From Candidatus Bathyarchaeia archaeon (GTDB taxonomy: Archaea; Thermoproteota; Bathyarchaeia; Bathyarchaeales; Bathycorpusculaceae), in assembly GCA_038727135.1 (NCBI GenBank), contig JAVYWL010000002.1:1-64000 (forward strand): a DNA stretch of 64,000 nucleotides, read 5' to 3'. This document shows, in pieces, positions 50,073 through 59,558 of the stretch. Both the position numbers and the translations under genes were made by a program. Numbering within the stretch: the first letter of the stretch is position 1; each line of letters begins with the position of its first letter. The notes under the pieces were generated by a model. It was given only the letters and a program-made list of their open reading frames with translations. It did no database searches and was not told the origin of the DNA.

Positions 50073-50327
50073 TTTCTGTTTTAAGCTTAAAGTTTCAGCA
50101 AAATATCTCACTTTCTTATGTATAACAATTAAATGTTTCATTTATATAATTCTTCAACGCTAAAGCTACGATATCACCTCAAATTCAAACATTTGAATTT
50201 TATTAAGCTTAAATTGTTTAGCGACGCTATTAAGTAAAGCTTTATATTACTTATCTCATTTTAACAGTGGACTAAAGCTGTAGGAGATTCTATACAAGTT
50301 TTTATGTTGATTTTCACAATTTGTTTT

Positions 50328-51353
50328 TTATTCCAATTTTAGTTTTGGATAGTACCCTAAAACTTCTTGGTTAACTACATGTTTAGGTTTGATACATTTG
50401 TAAAACCTTATTATTTCTTCACATGCCATTTTTCGAACATTTATGATTGATTCCTCGCTGTACCATGCTATATGAGGTGTGATGATGACGTTTTTAAGCT
50501 TCAAGAACGGACTATTTTTATCAAGAGGTTCTTTTTCAAAAACATCTAAGGCAGCTGCATAAATGGTGTTGTTTTGCAACGCTTCATATAAAGCTTCTTG
50601 ATCCACTATCGCTCCGCGGGATACATTTATCAACATTGCCGTTTTTTTCATTAAGTTAATTCTTTTTTTGTCTATTAAATGATAGGTCTCTTTCGTGAGT
50701 GGGCAATGGATTGAGATTATATCAGAAGCTTTTAATAGGTTGTCTAAATCAGCTTGCATAACTCCAGAATCTTTGAAGATTACATCTGGCAAATATGGAT
50801 CATAAACAAGAATCCTTAAACCAAGGGACTTAAGTTTTTTGGCTACTTCCATTCCAATTCTTCCAAATCCAATGATTCCAGCCGTCTTCCCGCTTAGTCT
50901 ATAAATCGGACTGAAACGTTTCCAGTCCGTCCTAAAATTCGCCTTTCCTTTTTTTGTATAATAGTCGATCCATGGAATTTTTCTAGCTAAAGCAAAAATT
51001 AAACTTAAAGTATGCTCAGTTACTTCAACTGTGCAATAGTCTGGGATATTGCATACTATTATCCTCTTTTTTGTTGCTGTTTTTAAATCAATATTGTCAT
51101 ATCCAACAGCCAAGCGGACGATTAAGCGTAAATTTTTCAGAGATGATAATATTTTTTTATTTAAAGGTAGCAGGTTGCTGATAATTACATCCGCATCCCT
51201 TGCAACATTCAAAATCTCACTATCGTTTTTACACCTAAAAGATTTTATTTCCGCGTTTATTTCTTTTAAGGCTTCTTTCTCAAGGGAGACGTCATCAAAT
51301 GGATTATCCACCATTACAACTCTAATTCTATCTACATTCATTGTATCAATCAT
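50328..51353 (-). CDS. D-2-hydroxyacid dehydrogenase (CtBP/SerA-like)
   Basis: VGYDNID, GIIGFGRIG, HCPLT, NVSRG, LDVFEKEP, TPHIAW. Confidence 0.92.
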   Translation of the reverse strand: MIDTMNVDRIRVVMVDNPFDDVSLEKEALKEINAEIKSFRCKNDSEILNVARDADVIISNLLPLNKKILSSLKNLRLIVRLAVGYDNIDLKTATKKRIIVCNIPDYCTVEVTEHTLSLIFALARKIPWIDYYTKKGKANFRTDWKRFSPIYRLSGKTAGIIGFGRIGMEVAKKLKSLGLRILVYDPYLPDVIFKDSGVMQADLDNLLKASDIISIHCPLTKETYHLIDKKRINLMKKTAMLINVSRGAIVDQEALYEALQNNTIYAAALDVFEKEPLDKNSPFLKLKNVIITPHIAWYSEESIINVRKMACEEIIRFYKCIKPKHVVNQEVLGYYPKLKLE

Positions 51354-51616
51354 CTAGTTCGTTAAGTGCAACAAAAATATAATTTTTGCTGACCGATTCT
51401 CGCGTACGTAATCGTGTTTTAACTTGGTGGTTACCTTTTCTTATTCGCAAATCTTTAAGGACAGGTTTCCTAACCTATAACCGTAAGCTACAATCTTGTT
51501 TTCCGGATTTTAGACTAAAGGTCACTTGTAATGTTTACATTTTAATCTTACATAGAGGCTCAATTCAGTAAAATTTATATCTTCTTAAAAAAACATAACC
51601 AAAGAATGGTGATACA

Positions 51617-52741
51617 ATGAAATTGGTATTTAAGTATGTGTCGGTCTTTATTTTGGGGATTATAATCGGGGCAGCATCGATATACCTTATCTACCAGCCT
51701 CAAATGGTCAAAACCACCGAGTATAAAGTTGTCAGTGAGTTTGAATACTTACGACAGAAGTTTCAAGGAATGACTTTAAGGGTTACTGCTTGGAGCGGAC
51801 CGTATGCGGAAAACTTTAGGTGGGCAATTGTTGAACCCTTTGAAGATTTAACCGGCGTAAATATTGAATTAGTTATTGGTTGGGCGGAATTTATACCTAT
51901 GTTACAAGCGGCTCCTCCGGACCAGCCACCATTCGACGTTTTTAATCTCGATGATTATAATTTTATTGCTGCAAAAAACCTGGATAAGCTTTTACCATTG
52001 AATTTATCAAGGATTCCTAATGCCCAATATGTATACTCATGTTTAAAACAAAAGAGAGAAGAGTGGAAATCAGGACTCGCCATACCATTTGATGGAGGCT
52101 TGTATACCATAATTGTGAACAGGGAGGTTGTGCCATTTGAAATCACTTCCTGGGCGGATTTAAAGCGCCCAGAACTTAGAGGCTTAATTGCAATGGATCG
52201 AACTTGGTATTATGGGCTCTATGTAGGTGCGTTAATGTTAGGTCATAAGTACTTAAATGATACAAACGTAGATGCAGCGTTTGCAGAAATTGCTAGTTTA
52301 AAAGATAGCGTTCACGTGTGGTACACTTCAGGAGCAGAAGCCCTTCAACTCTTAGAATCAAAGGAGGTGGGTGTAGCGATTTATTACACTGGGGGTGCTT
52401 ATGACGCCATCAAAAGAGGGGAACCGTTAGAAATAGTCATTCCTAGGGAAGGAGCAATAGCCTGGCTTGGATCCCTAAGTATAGTGCGTGGGGTGTCACC
52501 GGAAATTCGGGAACTTGCAGAAGCGTTTATTAACTTCGCGCTAAGTCCCGTTAGTCAATCGAGACATGTCACAAAATCCGGTAATTTTGTGTGCGGGGAG
52601 TACGCAAAGGTTCCGAAAGACCAATACTTTAATCCTGCAAGCAACGAAGAAATGGATAAAATGGTGTTCTTTGACTGGGAGTGGCTCGAGCAACACTGGA
52701 CAGAACTAGAAAATCGATGGAATACAGAAATTTTAGGCTAA
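51617..52741 (+). CDS. ABC transporter substrate-binding protein (PotD/PotF-like)
   Basis: N-terminal anchor TM, WSG, SWADL..PEL.G, IPREGA, FINFALSP, RWN. Confidence 0.85.
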   Translation: MKLVFKYVSVFILGIIIGAASIYLIYQPQMVKTTEYKVVSEFEYLRQKFQGMTLRVTAWSGPYAENFRWAIVEPFEDLTGVNIELVIGWAEFIPMLQAAPPDQPPFDVFNLDDYNFIAAKNLDKLLPLNLSRIPNAQYVYSCLKQKREEWKSGLAIPFDGGLYTIIVNREVVPFEITSWADLKRPELRGLIAMDRTWYYGLYVGALMLGHKYLNDTNVDAAFAEIASLKDSVHVWYTSGAEALQLLESKEVGVAIYYTGGAYDAIKRGEPLEIVIPREGAIAWLGSLSIVRGVSPEIRELAEAFINFALSPVSQSRHVTKSGNFVCGEYAKVPKDQYFNPASNEEMDKMVFFDWEWLEQHWTELENRWNTEILG

Positions 52742-52935
52742 GCTCATTCCTCTTTTCTTTTCCATTTTTAAATTCTTAAAGAAAATCAATTCAAAAACGG
52801 AGCGACCATACTTATCGAGTTTAAAATGCGTAAACTGTGAAAAATACTTCAGTCAAAATTTTTCAATAATAAAGAAAGAATTTTGAAGAAAAGATTTTAA
52901 AGGCTGCATAGTAAAACGACTCAGCGTGGTATATT

Positions 52936-54393
52936 ATGATTGGTTTCTCCAGAGATGATCAAAAAATAAAAATCAGAATTTTTTCTCGATCTGAGTTGGA
53001 AGCTATTCATTGGGCTACGCTGGATATTCTTGAGAGAACTGGTGTTAAGATATACAGTGAAAAATGTCTAAAAATCCTCGAGGAGGCTGGTTGTAAGGTA
53101 GATTACAAAATGGGGTGTGCATTAATTCCCTCCGAGGTCGTTGAAGAGGCTTTAAGAAAGAAAAAAAGTGTATTTAGGTTGTGTGCCAGAAACCCGAAAT
53201 ATGACTTGAAGCTAGATGGCAGACATGTGTACATAACCACGGATGGCAACGCGGTAAACACTCTGGATTTTGAGACTGGGGAAAGAAGGGCTTCAACAAA
53301 AGATGACATTGCTAAGTCAGCCACCATCGCAGACGCGCTTGACTCTGTTGGCGTTTATTGGCCAATGGTCACCTCCTCAGATGTGCCTGCGCCCATTCGA
53401 CATTTGCACGACTTAGAAGCATCTTTAGCCAATACTGAAAAGCACGTTCAACTTGAAACAATAGTCAAACCAAAAGTAGCCCGTTATGCAGTTGAAATTG
53501 CAGCGGCTGTGGTTGGAGACACAAAAAAGCTCAGGGAACGCCCAATAATATCCTCTCTGCATTGCACCATATCGCCCCTCCAACATGAAGGGGGATCCAT
53601 TGAAGCAGCATTAGAATTTGCCAAGGCAGGTATACCCGTATCCTTTTATGGAATGCCACAAGCAGGTGCCACCAGCCCAGTAACGCTTGCAGGAGCAGTC
53701 GTTATTAATAACGCCGAAGTTTTAAGTGGCCTTGTAATAGTGCAACTTGTGCATCCAGGAGCACCAGTGATATATGGCACTGGCGGCGCTGGTTTTGACA
53801 TGAAAGCGGGCACTTGGACAGGGGGATCACCAGAACGGGCGCTAATTTCGGCAGCCGCGGGGGAGCTGGCTAAATACTATAATATGCCATCTCTTGTGGG
53901 AGGTTTTGTTACATCCGCCAAAACTATCGACGCACAAGCATGTTATGAAAAGCTCATCAGCGGCATCCCCCAAGTTCTTTCCGGATGCGACATAATTGCT
54001 GGAATAGGCCTCATCGACAACTGCAATACCCTTTCGTTTGAGCAGCTTCTGATAGATGATGAAATCGTTAACATGACTTTTCGCCTTGTTGAAGGCATAG
54101 AAGTGAAAGAACAGACAATAGCACTCGACCTGATTCAAAAAATTGGTCCCGGGGGCAATTTCTTGGCTGAGAAGCATACACTTGAATATTTGCAGAAAGA
54201 ACACTTCATTCCAAAATTAACTGATAGACGCTCTTATGAGGCCTGGCTTAAAAATGGCGCAAAGGACATCACAAAGAGGGCAAAAGAAAAAGTTAAAACA
54301 ATCCTCCAACAACATCAACCACAACCCCTGCCAAAAGAAACTCGAACGGAAATACAAAATATCATTGGACGTGCAGAAAAAGATATGATTTAA
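52936..54393 (+). CDS. MttB-family (COG5598) corrinoid methyltransferase, non-pyrrolysine; close paralog of 39911..41368
   Basis: Same length (485 aa); shared HVYITTDGN, TKDDIAKSA, YWPMV, RHLHDLE, AQACYEK. Confidence 0.92.
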   Translation: MIGFSRDDQKIKIRIFSRSELEAIHWATLDILERTGVKIYSEKCLKILEEAGCKVDYKMGCALIPSEVVEEALRKKKSVFRLCARNPKYDLKLDGRHVYITTDGNAVNTLDFETGERRASTKDDIAKSATIADALDSVGVYWPMVTSSDVPAPIRHLHDLEASLANTEKHVQLETIVKPKVARYAVEIAAAVVGDTKKLRERPIISSLHCTISPLQHEGGSIEAALEFAKAGIPVSFYGMPQAGATSPVTLAGAVVINNAEVLSGLVIVQLVHPGAPVIYGTGGAGFDMKAGTWTGGSPERALISAAAGELAKYYNMPSLVGGFVTSAKTIDAQACYEKLISGIPQVLSGCDIIAGIGLIDNCNTLSFEQLLIDDEIVNMTFRLVEGIEVKEQTIALDLIQKIGPGGNFLAEKHTLEYLQKEHFIPKLTDRRSYEAWLKNGAKDITKRAKEKVKTILQQHQPQPLPKETRTEIQNIIGRAEKDMI

Positions 54394-54400
54394 AGGTGAA

Positions 54401-55669
54401 GTGTTTATGCTTGTCGAAGGCTTGAAATGTATAAATTGTGGAGAAATATTTCCTCCCGAACCAAAATTTTTTGTCTGTCCAAAATGCGGCGTCGAAAAGG
54501 TTAGAGGGATAACAGTTTTCAAGGGCATAACAGAGGTCGTGTACAACTACGAAGAGATGGGAGAAATCATAAGTAAAAAACTGTTTTCCCAGAGACCTTT
54601 CAATGCCCTAAGATACATGGAACTATTGGGTTTTCGAAAGGAAGAAAGGTTAATAACGTTAGGTGAAGGTGGAACCCCGCTACTGAAAAGCGGGAAGCTA
54701 GCTGAAAGGCTTAAAGTTAAAAATCTACTGTTGAAAATTGAGGCTCAGAATCCAACGGGCTCTTTTAAAGATCGTGAAAGCCTCTTAGCCGTGAATAAAG
54801 CCTTACAGTTTGGAAAAAAGAGCGTGTCGTGCGTTTCATCTGGGAATGCTGCTGCTTCTCTGTCGGCTTATGCAGCCAGAGCTGGACTAGACTGTTTTGT
54901 TTTTATGCCCTCAACTGCTTCGAAGGGGAAGATTTCTCAATGTTCAGTTCACGGAGCCAAAACTTTTCTTGTGGACGGGATTTATGAGGAAATCTTTGAG
55001 GTTTACTTAGAGGCGGTTAAGGACTTGGACATTTTCGAGTCTTGCCCGGGACACAACAGGTTTAGGGTGGAAGGCGACAAGACGATCAGTTATGAAATAT
55101 GTGAACAGTTGGGATGGAAAGCACCCGACTGGGTTATAGACAATGTTGGTAACGGCACCCACTTGTATGGCATGTGGAAAGGCTTCAAAGAGCTAAGGGA
55201 CCTGGGCTTCATAGACAATTTGCCGAAAATGGTTGCCACCGGACCAGTTGGCGGGGCGCCAATAGTTGACGGTTTCAAGAAGGGCGAGGCTGCACCTTTG
55301 GAAAGTTGCGAGGAATCCATAGCTGAGGGTTTGGTTAGCAGGTGGAGTTATGATGCTCCCTTGGCTCTTAAAGCATTAAGAGAGTCCGGAGGAAACGCAG
55401 AGTACGTCTCAGACAATGAGATTTTAAAGGCTATGAGTTTGTTGGCTCGTCTTGAAGGAGTATTTGCAGAACCGTCTGGTTCAGCTTGTATCGCCGTCCT
55501 TCCAAAACTCGTTGAAGCCGGCATTATTGATTGTAAGGACGAGGTTGTATGCCTAATAACTGGAAACGGGCTTAAAGATCCAAAAAGCGGAAGACGAATA
55601 TCCAAAAAGCCAATCGACGTACCGCTTAGCGTCAGGGAAATTAAGGAATTTTTAAGGCGTTTTTCTTGA
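54401..55669 (+). CDS. thrC: Threonine synthase-like fold-type II PLP enzyme
   Basis: N-terminal CxxC..CxxC, LGEGGTPL, NPTGSFKDR, SSGNAAAS, EPSG, ITGNGLKD. Confidence 0.8.
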   Translation: MFMLVEGLKCINCGEIFPPEPKFFVCPKCGVEKVRGITVFKGITEVVYNYEEMGEIISKKLFSQRPFNALRYMELLGFRKEERLITLGEGGTPLLKSGKLAERLKVKNLLLKIEAQNPTGSFKDRESLLAVNKALQFGKKSVSCVSSGNAAASLSAYAARAGLDCFVFMPSTASKGKISQCSVHGAKTFLVDGIYEEIFEVYLEAVKDLDIFESCPGHNRFRVEGDKTISYEICEQLGWKAPDWVIDNVGNGTHLYGMWKGFKELRDLGFIDNLPKMVATGPVGGAPIVDGFKKGEAAPLESCEESIAEGLVSRWSYDAPLALKALRESGGNAEYVSDNEILKAMSLLARLEGVFAEPSGSACIAVLPKLVEAGIIDCKDEVVCLITGNGLKDPKSGRRISKKPIDVPLSVREIKEFLRRFS

Positions 55670-55685
55670 AGCGAAGGGGGAAATT

Positions 55686-56579
55686 ATGAGTTTATTTTTC
55701 GGAGCTGAAACAAAAAACAAAGATGATGCAAACGCCTTTGTTCTTGGTTTATGTTGGGATAAAAGCTCATCCTTTAGGAAAGGCTCCGCTAAAGCCCCAA
55801 AAGCCATCAGAGAATACACAAGCTCAAAAATATACAACCCTTTCACCGAAAACAACGTGAACCTTAAGGATCACTGGAAAATTTACGATTTAGGCGATAT
55901 AGCACCCGCATCAATCATAAAGGCTTTTGAAATGGTGAAAGATGTTGTTAGCAAAAATGCCGATTCCAAATTGCACATTTTCCTAGGAGGAGACCACAGC
56001 ATCACATACGCTACGTTAAAGGCTTTAAAAGAAATCTCAAAAGTTCCTTGGGGTTTGATCTACTTTGACGCCCACCCCGACTTATACGAGAGCTATGATG
56101 GAGATTTATACTCACATGCATGCACCGTGAGGAGGATAGTTGAAGAGGGCATCGTTAATCCTCATTATATAATTCAAGTTGGCATAAGGGCATCCACGGC
56201 CGAGCAGACGGCTTATGCCAAAAAAGCCAAGATAAAAACTGTAACCACATCTGAAGTTTATAAAAATGCAGAGAAAATTTCCTCCTTCATAAACGAAGCC
56301 TTGGGCAAGGTTGAAAACGTGTACGTATCCCTAGACGTTGACGTCCTAGACCCTGCGTTTGCTCCGGGAGTCGGCAACCCTGAAGGTGGAGGAATAACGC
56401 TGCGAAACCTTATAGACATAGTCCATAACCTAAAAAGATTAAACATAAAGGCCTTGGACGTGGTTGAAGCGAATCCAAATTATGATTACGCAGGCGTAAC
56501 CTTCTGCAGCATATCAAAATTCATCAGAGAATTCTTAGGAACCACTATAAAGCCACACGCACGGCAACCATGGCCATAG
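55686..56579 (+). CDS. speB: Agmatinase-like ureohydrolase
   Basis: SFRKGS..AP, GGDHSIT, DAHPD, SHAC, DVDVLDP, PEGGG, DVVE. Confidence 0.85.
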   Translation: MSLFFGAETKNKDDANAFVLGLCWDKSSSFRKGSAKAPKAIREYTSSKIYNPFTENNVNLKDHWKIYDLGDIAPASIIKAFEMVKDVVSKNADSKLHIFLGGDHSITYATLKALKEISKVPWGLIYFDAHPDLYESYDGDLYSHACTVRRIVEEGIVNPHYIIQVGIRASTAEQTAYAKKAKIKTVTTSEVYKNAEKISSFINEALGKVENVYVSLDVDVLDPAFAPGVGNPEGGGITLRNLIDIVHNLKRLNIKALDVVEANPNYDYAGVTFCSISKFIREFLGTTIKPHARQPWP

Positions 56580-56685
56580 CAATGGTTACCCAAGCTTCTG
56601 TAAAAAGAATGGCCTAATGTTTTTTGGGAAGAGGAAATAATGATGAGGTGGAAGAAACCCAAAAAGTGTCAGAACCCCGGAAAGT

Positions 56686-56762
56686 GGCCGAGGTGAGGTA
56701 GCCTGGAAGCCTACGGGCCTGTGGAGCCCGGCGCTCGGGTTCAAATCCCGGCTTCGGCCCCA
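56686..56762 (+). tRNA. tRNA-His(GUG) with genome-encoded G-1 and CCA
   Basis: G-GCCGAGG/CTTCGGC-C-CCA acceptor, anticodon arm CGGGC-CT GTG GA-GCCCG, T loop GGTTCAAATCC. Confidence 0.93.
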
Positions 56763-56779
56763 TAAACCATCGGGGGCTT

Positions 56780-57283
56780 TTGCCTTTGTCCCTAACAATA
56801 GTGGATGCAAGATTTCACATGTTTAAGGACGAGGATTTCTGGATGCTTGCTGAGATTGAGTCCCATCCGGATGTTATGCGTTGGAACATCGAACCATATA
56901 AAGGCGACAAGGCTGAAATGTATCGTGCTTTTAAAGAAGCCATTGAAAGGCTTCAAGTTGAGAAGGATAAAATATTTCTTGTTGGAATATTTGAAGGCCG
57001 AGTTGTTGGTTTTGTCGGAGTGCGTTCCAAAAATGAAGGCCTAGAGCATGTTGGGGAAGTTGGCATTTCTGTTCACCCAAACTATTGGGGAAGAGGATTT
57101 GGAACAAGCCTATTAAAGGCGGCTGTTGAAAAGGTTAAGGTTGAGGGATTTGCCAAACTTGAACTAGAAACTACCGCATCGAATAAGGCTATGTTGAAGG
57201 TGGCTCAAAAAGTTGGGTTTAAAGTTAAAAGTGTTGAAAAGAGAGAGGCTTCAGAAATAGTCTTTATGGAATTAACCTTTTAA
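56780..57283 (+). CDS. GNAT family acetyltransferase (RimL/RimJ-like)
   Basis: GEVGISVHPNYWGRGFGT, SNKAM...KVGF. Confidence 0.85.
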   Translation: MPLSLTIVDARFHMFKDEDFWMLAEIESHPDVMRWNIEPYKGDKAEMYRAFKEAIERLQVEKDKIFLVGIFEGRVVGFVGVRSKNEGLEHVGEVGISVHPNYWGRGFGTSLLKAAVEKVKVEGFAKLELETTASNKAMLKVAQKVGFKVKSVEKREASEIVFMELTF

Positions 57284-57432
57284 ACAGTTACATTGGCGGC
57301 ATTACTGGTTCTTCAAGAAAATGATAAGGGAGAGAAGGGGCTCCGAAAGTAGTCAAAATAAGCGGGAGAGTTATTTCTGTTTTGCAAAAAACTTTTACTT
57401 CTAAGTTGAGTTCTATCTTGTGGTGGTTGTTG

Positions 57433-57582
57433 TTGGATGTTAAGCTTCTTGTTGACGGTGAAGAGATAAGCCTTAACAAGTTTGTTGTTAAGATTTTGGG
57501 CGGCACCATTGTTGGGGCTGTTAGTGCTTTGCGTGGCGTCAAAGAGGATTGGAAGGAAATTAAAGTAGAGATTAGGCGGTAA
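57433..57582 (+). CDS. Small protein resembling the C-terminal extension of MobB
   Basis: VKLLVDGEEISLNKFV..IL..TIVGAVSALRGV; TTG start behind GGTGG. Confidence 0.6.
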   Translation: MDVKLLVDGEEISLNKFVVKILGGTIVGAVSALRGVKEDWKEIKVEIRR

Positions 57583-57601
57583 ATGTTAGGGATGAGCGCG
57601 C

Positions 57602-58258
57602 ATGATCTCCGAAGAGCACAAGAAACACTTGCGGGAAGAGTTTGTTGGAAAGCTTCAAAATCCAGTTAGGCTTGTTGTTTTTACGCAAGAATATGAATGT
57701 CCTTATTGTGCGGAGACGCGGAAGCTCATTGAGGAGTTAGCCACCTTAAGTGATAAGATAGGCGTAGAAGTTTACGATTTTGTGGCTGACACGGATAAGG
57801 CTAGGGCTTATAGCATCGACAAGGTTCCAGCGGTGGCCATTATTGGCGAGAAGGATTTTGGTTTGCGGTTTTATGGTTTGCCCTATGGTTATGAGTTTGG
57901 GACCCTTGTGGAGGGCATAATCGCTGTTTCCCGCGGAAAGTCGGATATTTCTGAAAGTGTTAGAGAGAGGCTTAAAGGCGTTAAGGCGCCGGTGCACATT
58001 CAAGTTTTTGTGACGTTGACTTGTCCCTATTGCCCCTCTGTTGCTAGTCTAGCCTACAAGTTTGCTGTTGAAAGTGACTTTGTTAGGGCTGACGTTATTG
58101 ATGTGAGCGAGTTTCCACATATTGGGCATAAGTACGCTGTTATGGGCGTTCCCAAAACAGTCATAAATGAGAAGGTGGAGTTTGTTGGGGCTGTCCCGGA
58201 AGAAATTTTCTTAGAGCATGTTTTGCTTGCCGCCCGCCGCCCAGAATACGTCTTATAG
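57602..58258 (+). CDS. Protein disulfide oxidoreductase (two thioredoxin folds)
   Basis: Two CPYC sites, GLPYGYEF, VMGVPK. Confidence 0.92.
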   Translation: MISEEHKKHLREEFVGKLQNPVRLVVFTQEYECPYCAETRKLIEELATLSDKIGVEVYDFVADTDKARAYSIDKVPAVAIIGEKDFGLRFYGLPYGYEFGTLVEGIIAVSRGKSDISESVRERLKGVKAPVHIQVFVTLTCPYCPSVASLAYKFAVESDFVRADVIDVSEFPHIGHKYAVMGVPKTVINEKVEFVGAVPEEIFLEHVLLAARRPEYVL

Positions 58259-58304
58259 CATTTAAGTGGTGTGAAATCTGGCTGGCAAAAAAGAGTTTTT
58301 AACT

Positions 58305-59081
58305 TTGGTTTTCGTTTACAGCGGCGAATTTGCAGAGCGTGTGATAAGGAATCTTATAAATGACCCTAGTTTCTGCAATTCTTGCGGCTTGTATTGCGAC
58401 TCTTGTAAGTATGGCGTTTACAGTTATGTGCGGAACATCCGCGCTGCTATAGAGCTTCCGAAGCCTTCGGATTTGCCAGCCTTCATAGACAAGCCAGAAG
58501 AATACATGCCCAGGAGTGTTCCGCGGGCAGATTTGTGTGTGGCTTCCGGCTTACACAAGGACCTGCTTTTGGAACTGCCAACCCACATTACGAAGGCTGG
58601 TGTTAAAGGCTTAATTGTGCCCGTTGAAGATTTTAACGAGGTTCCATCAGGTTTGAGGAAGCAGTTGGAAGAGCGCTGTCTTGAGCTTGGCTTGGAGTGT
58701 GCTTTTCCGAAGCCCTTCTGTTCGCTAGAGCCATCTAAGGATAAGCCTTTCATCTCTCGCTTTGTAGAGGAGTTGGGGGTTGGGCGTCCAAAACTTGAGA
58801 TTTCCACTGCAAGGCGAGGTGGACGTGAGGTTGTGGAGACAGCTATTGTTAGGCGGAGTGCTCCATGCGGCTCAACATGGTATGTGGCGAGAAAGCTCAT
58901 AGGCGTTGAAACAAAACGAGAAATCTTATACGATGCAATTGCGAAGGCTCATCATAGCTATCCATGCACGGCGACAATGAACGTTGATCCAGAGGTTAAG
59001 GAGCCAATTCTCCACATAGGCGGCTACATAATAAGGGAGGAAGTAGAAAAAGCACTGGAAAAGGCTGGATGTACGACTTAA
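58305..59081 (+). CDS. DUF166 family Cys-rich protein
   Basis: CNSCGLYCDSC, FID.PE, LH.DL, PKPFCSL, SAPCGSTW, HHSYPCTATM. Confidence 0.75.
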   Translation: MVFVYSGEFAERVIRNLINDPSFCNSCGLYCDSCKYGVYSYVRNIRAAIELPKPSDLPAFIDKPEEYMPRSVPRADLCVASGLHKDLLLELPTHITKAGVKGLIVPVEDFNEVPSGLRKQLEERCLELGLECAFPKPFCSLEPSKDKPFISRFVEELGVGRPKLEISTARRGGREVVETAIVRRSAPCGSTWYVARKLIGVETKREILYDAIAKAHHSYPCTATMNVDPEVKEPILHIGGYIIREEVEKALEKAGCTT

Positions 59082-59488
59082 CTTTTCTCTAAACGCTCGA
59101 TAAGGTCTAGGACTTTGGCTTTTATGGCATCTCGAATTTTTCTGGCTTCGTCTAGTGGCATTTTGGCTGGGTCTGGCATGTTCCACTCTTCCACGTGCCT
59201 TGCGTAAACTACTGGGCAGAGGGAGCCGCTGCAGACTATTATGGCTACTTCAGCCTTCTCCTGAAGCTCCCTCGTCATAATTTGAGGTTTTTTGTGGCTT
59301 ATGTCTATACCCTCTTCAAGCATGAGTCGGACAGCGTTTGGATGAACCCTTTCAGCTGGTTTTAAGCCAGCACTCACGGCTTTCCAGCCACTTAGCGCAT
59401 ACTTGTTAAAGTAGGCTTCGGCAATCTGGCTCCTAAAACTATTCTCAACACAAACAAACAAGACGGTTTTCAAACTATCCATCTTCAT
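59078..59488 (-). CDS. arsC: Arsenate reductase/low-molecular-weight phosphatase family
   Basis: P-loop FVCVENSFRSQ, SAG, further Cys pair CSGSLCP, W..PDP. Confidence 0.85.
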   Translation of the reverse strand: MKMDSLKTVLFVCVENSFRSQIAEAYFNKYALSGWKAVSAGLKPAERVHPNAVRLMLEEGIDISHKKPQIMTRELQEKAEVAIIVCSGSLCPVVYARHVEEWNMPDPAKMPLDEARKIRDAIKAKVLDLIERLEKS

Positions 59489-59558
59489 GGGCTGATGTTT
59501 TAACACATCTTCATCCACACGATGCGGCAGTGAAGATTTAATTATACCGTAAATTGTC

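Noticed and set aside
31511-56762. Catabolic block as an integrative element with att sites
   Set aside because: No duplicated tRNA 3' end and no integrase found by eye; flanking tRNAs alone do not show mobility
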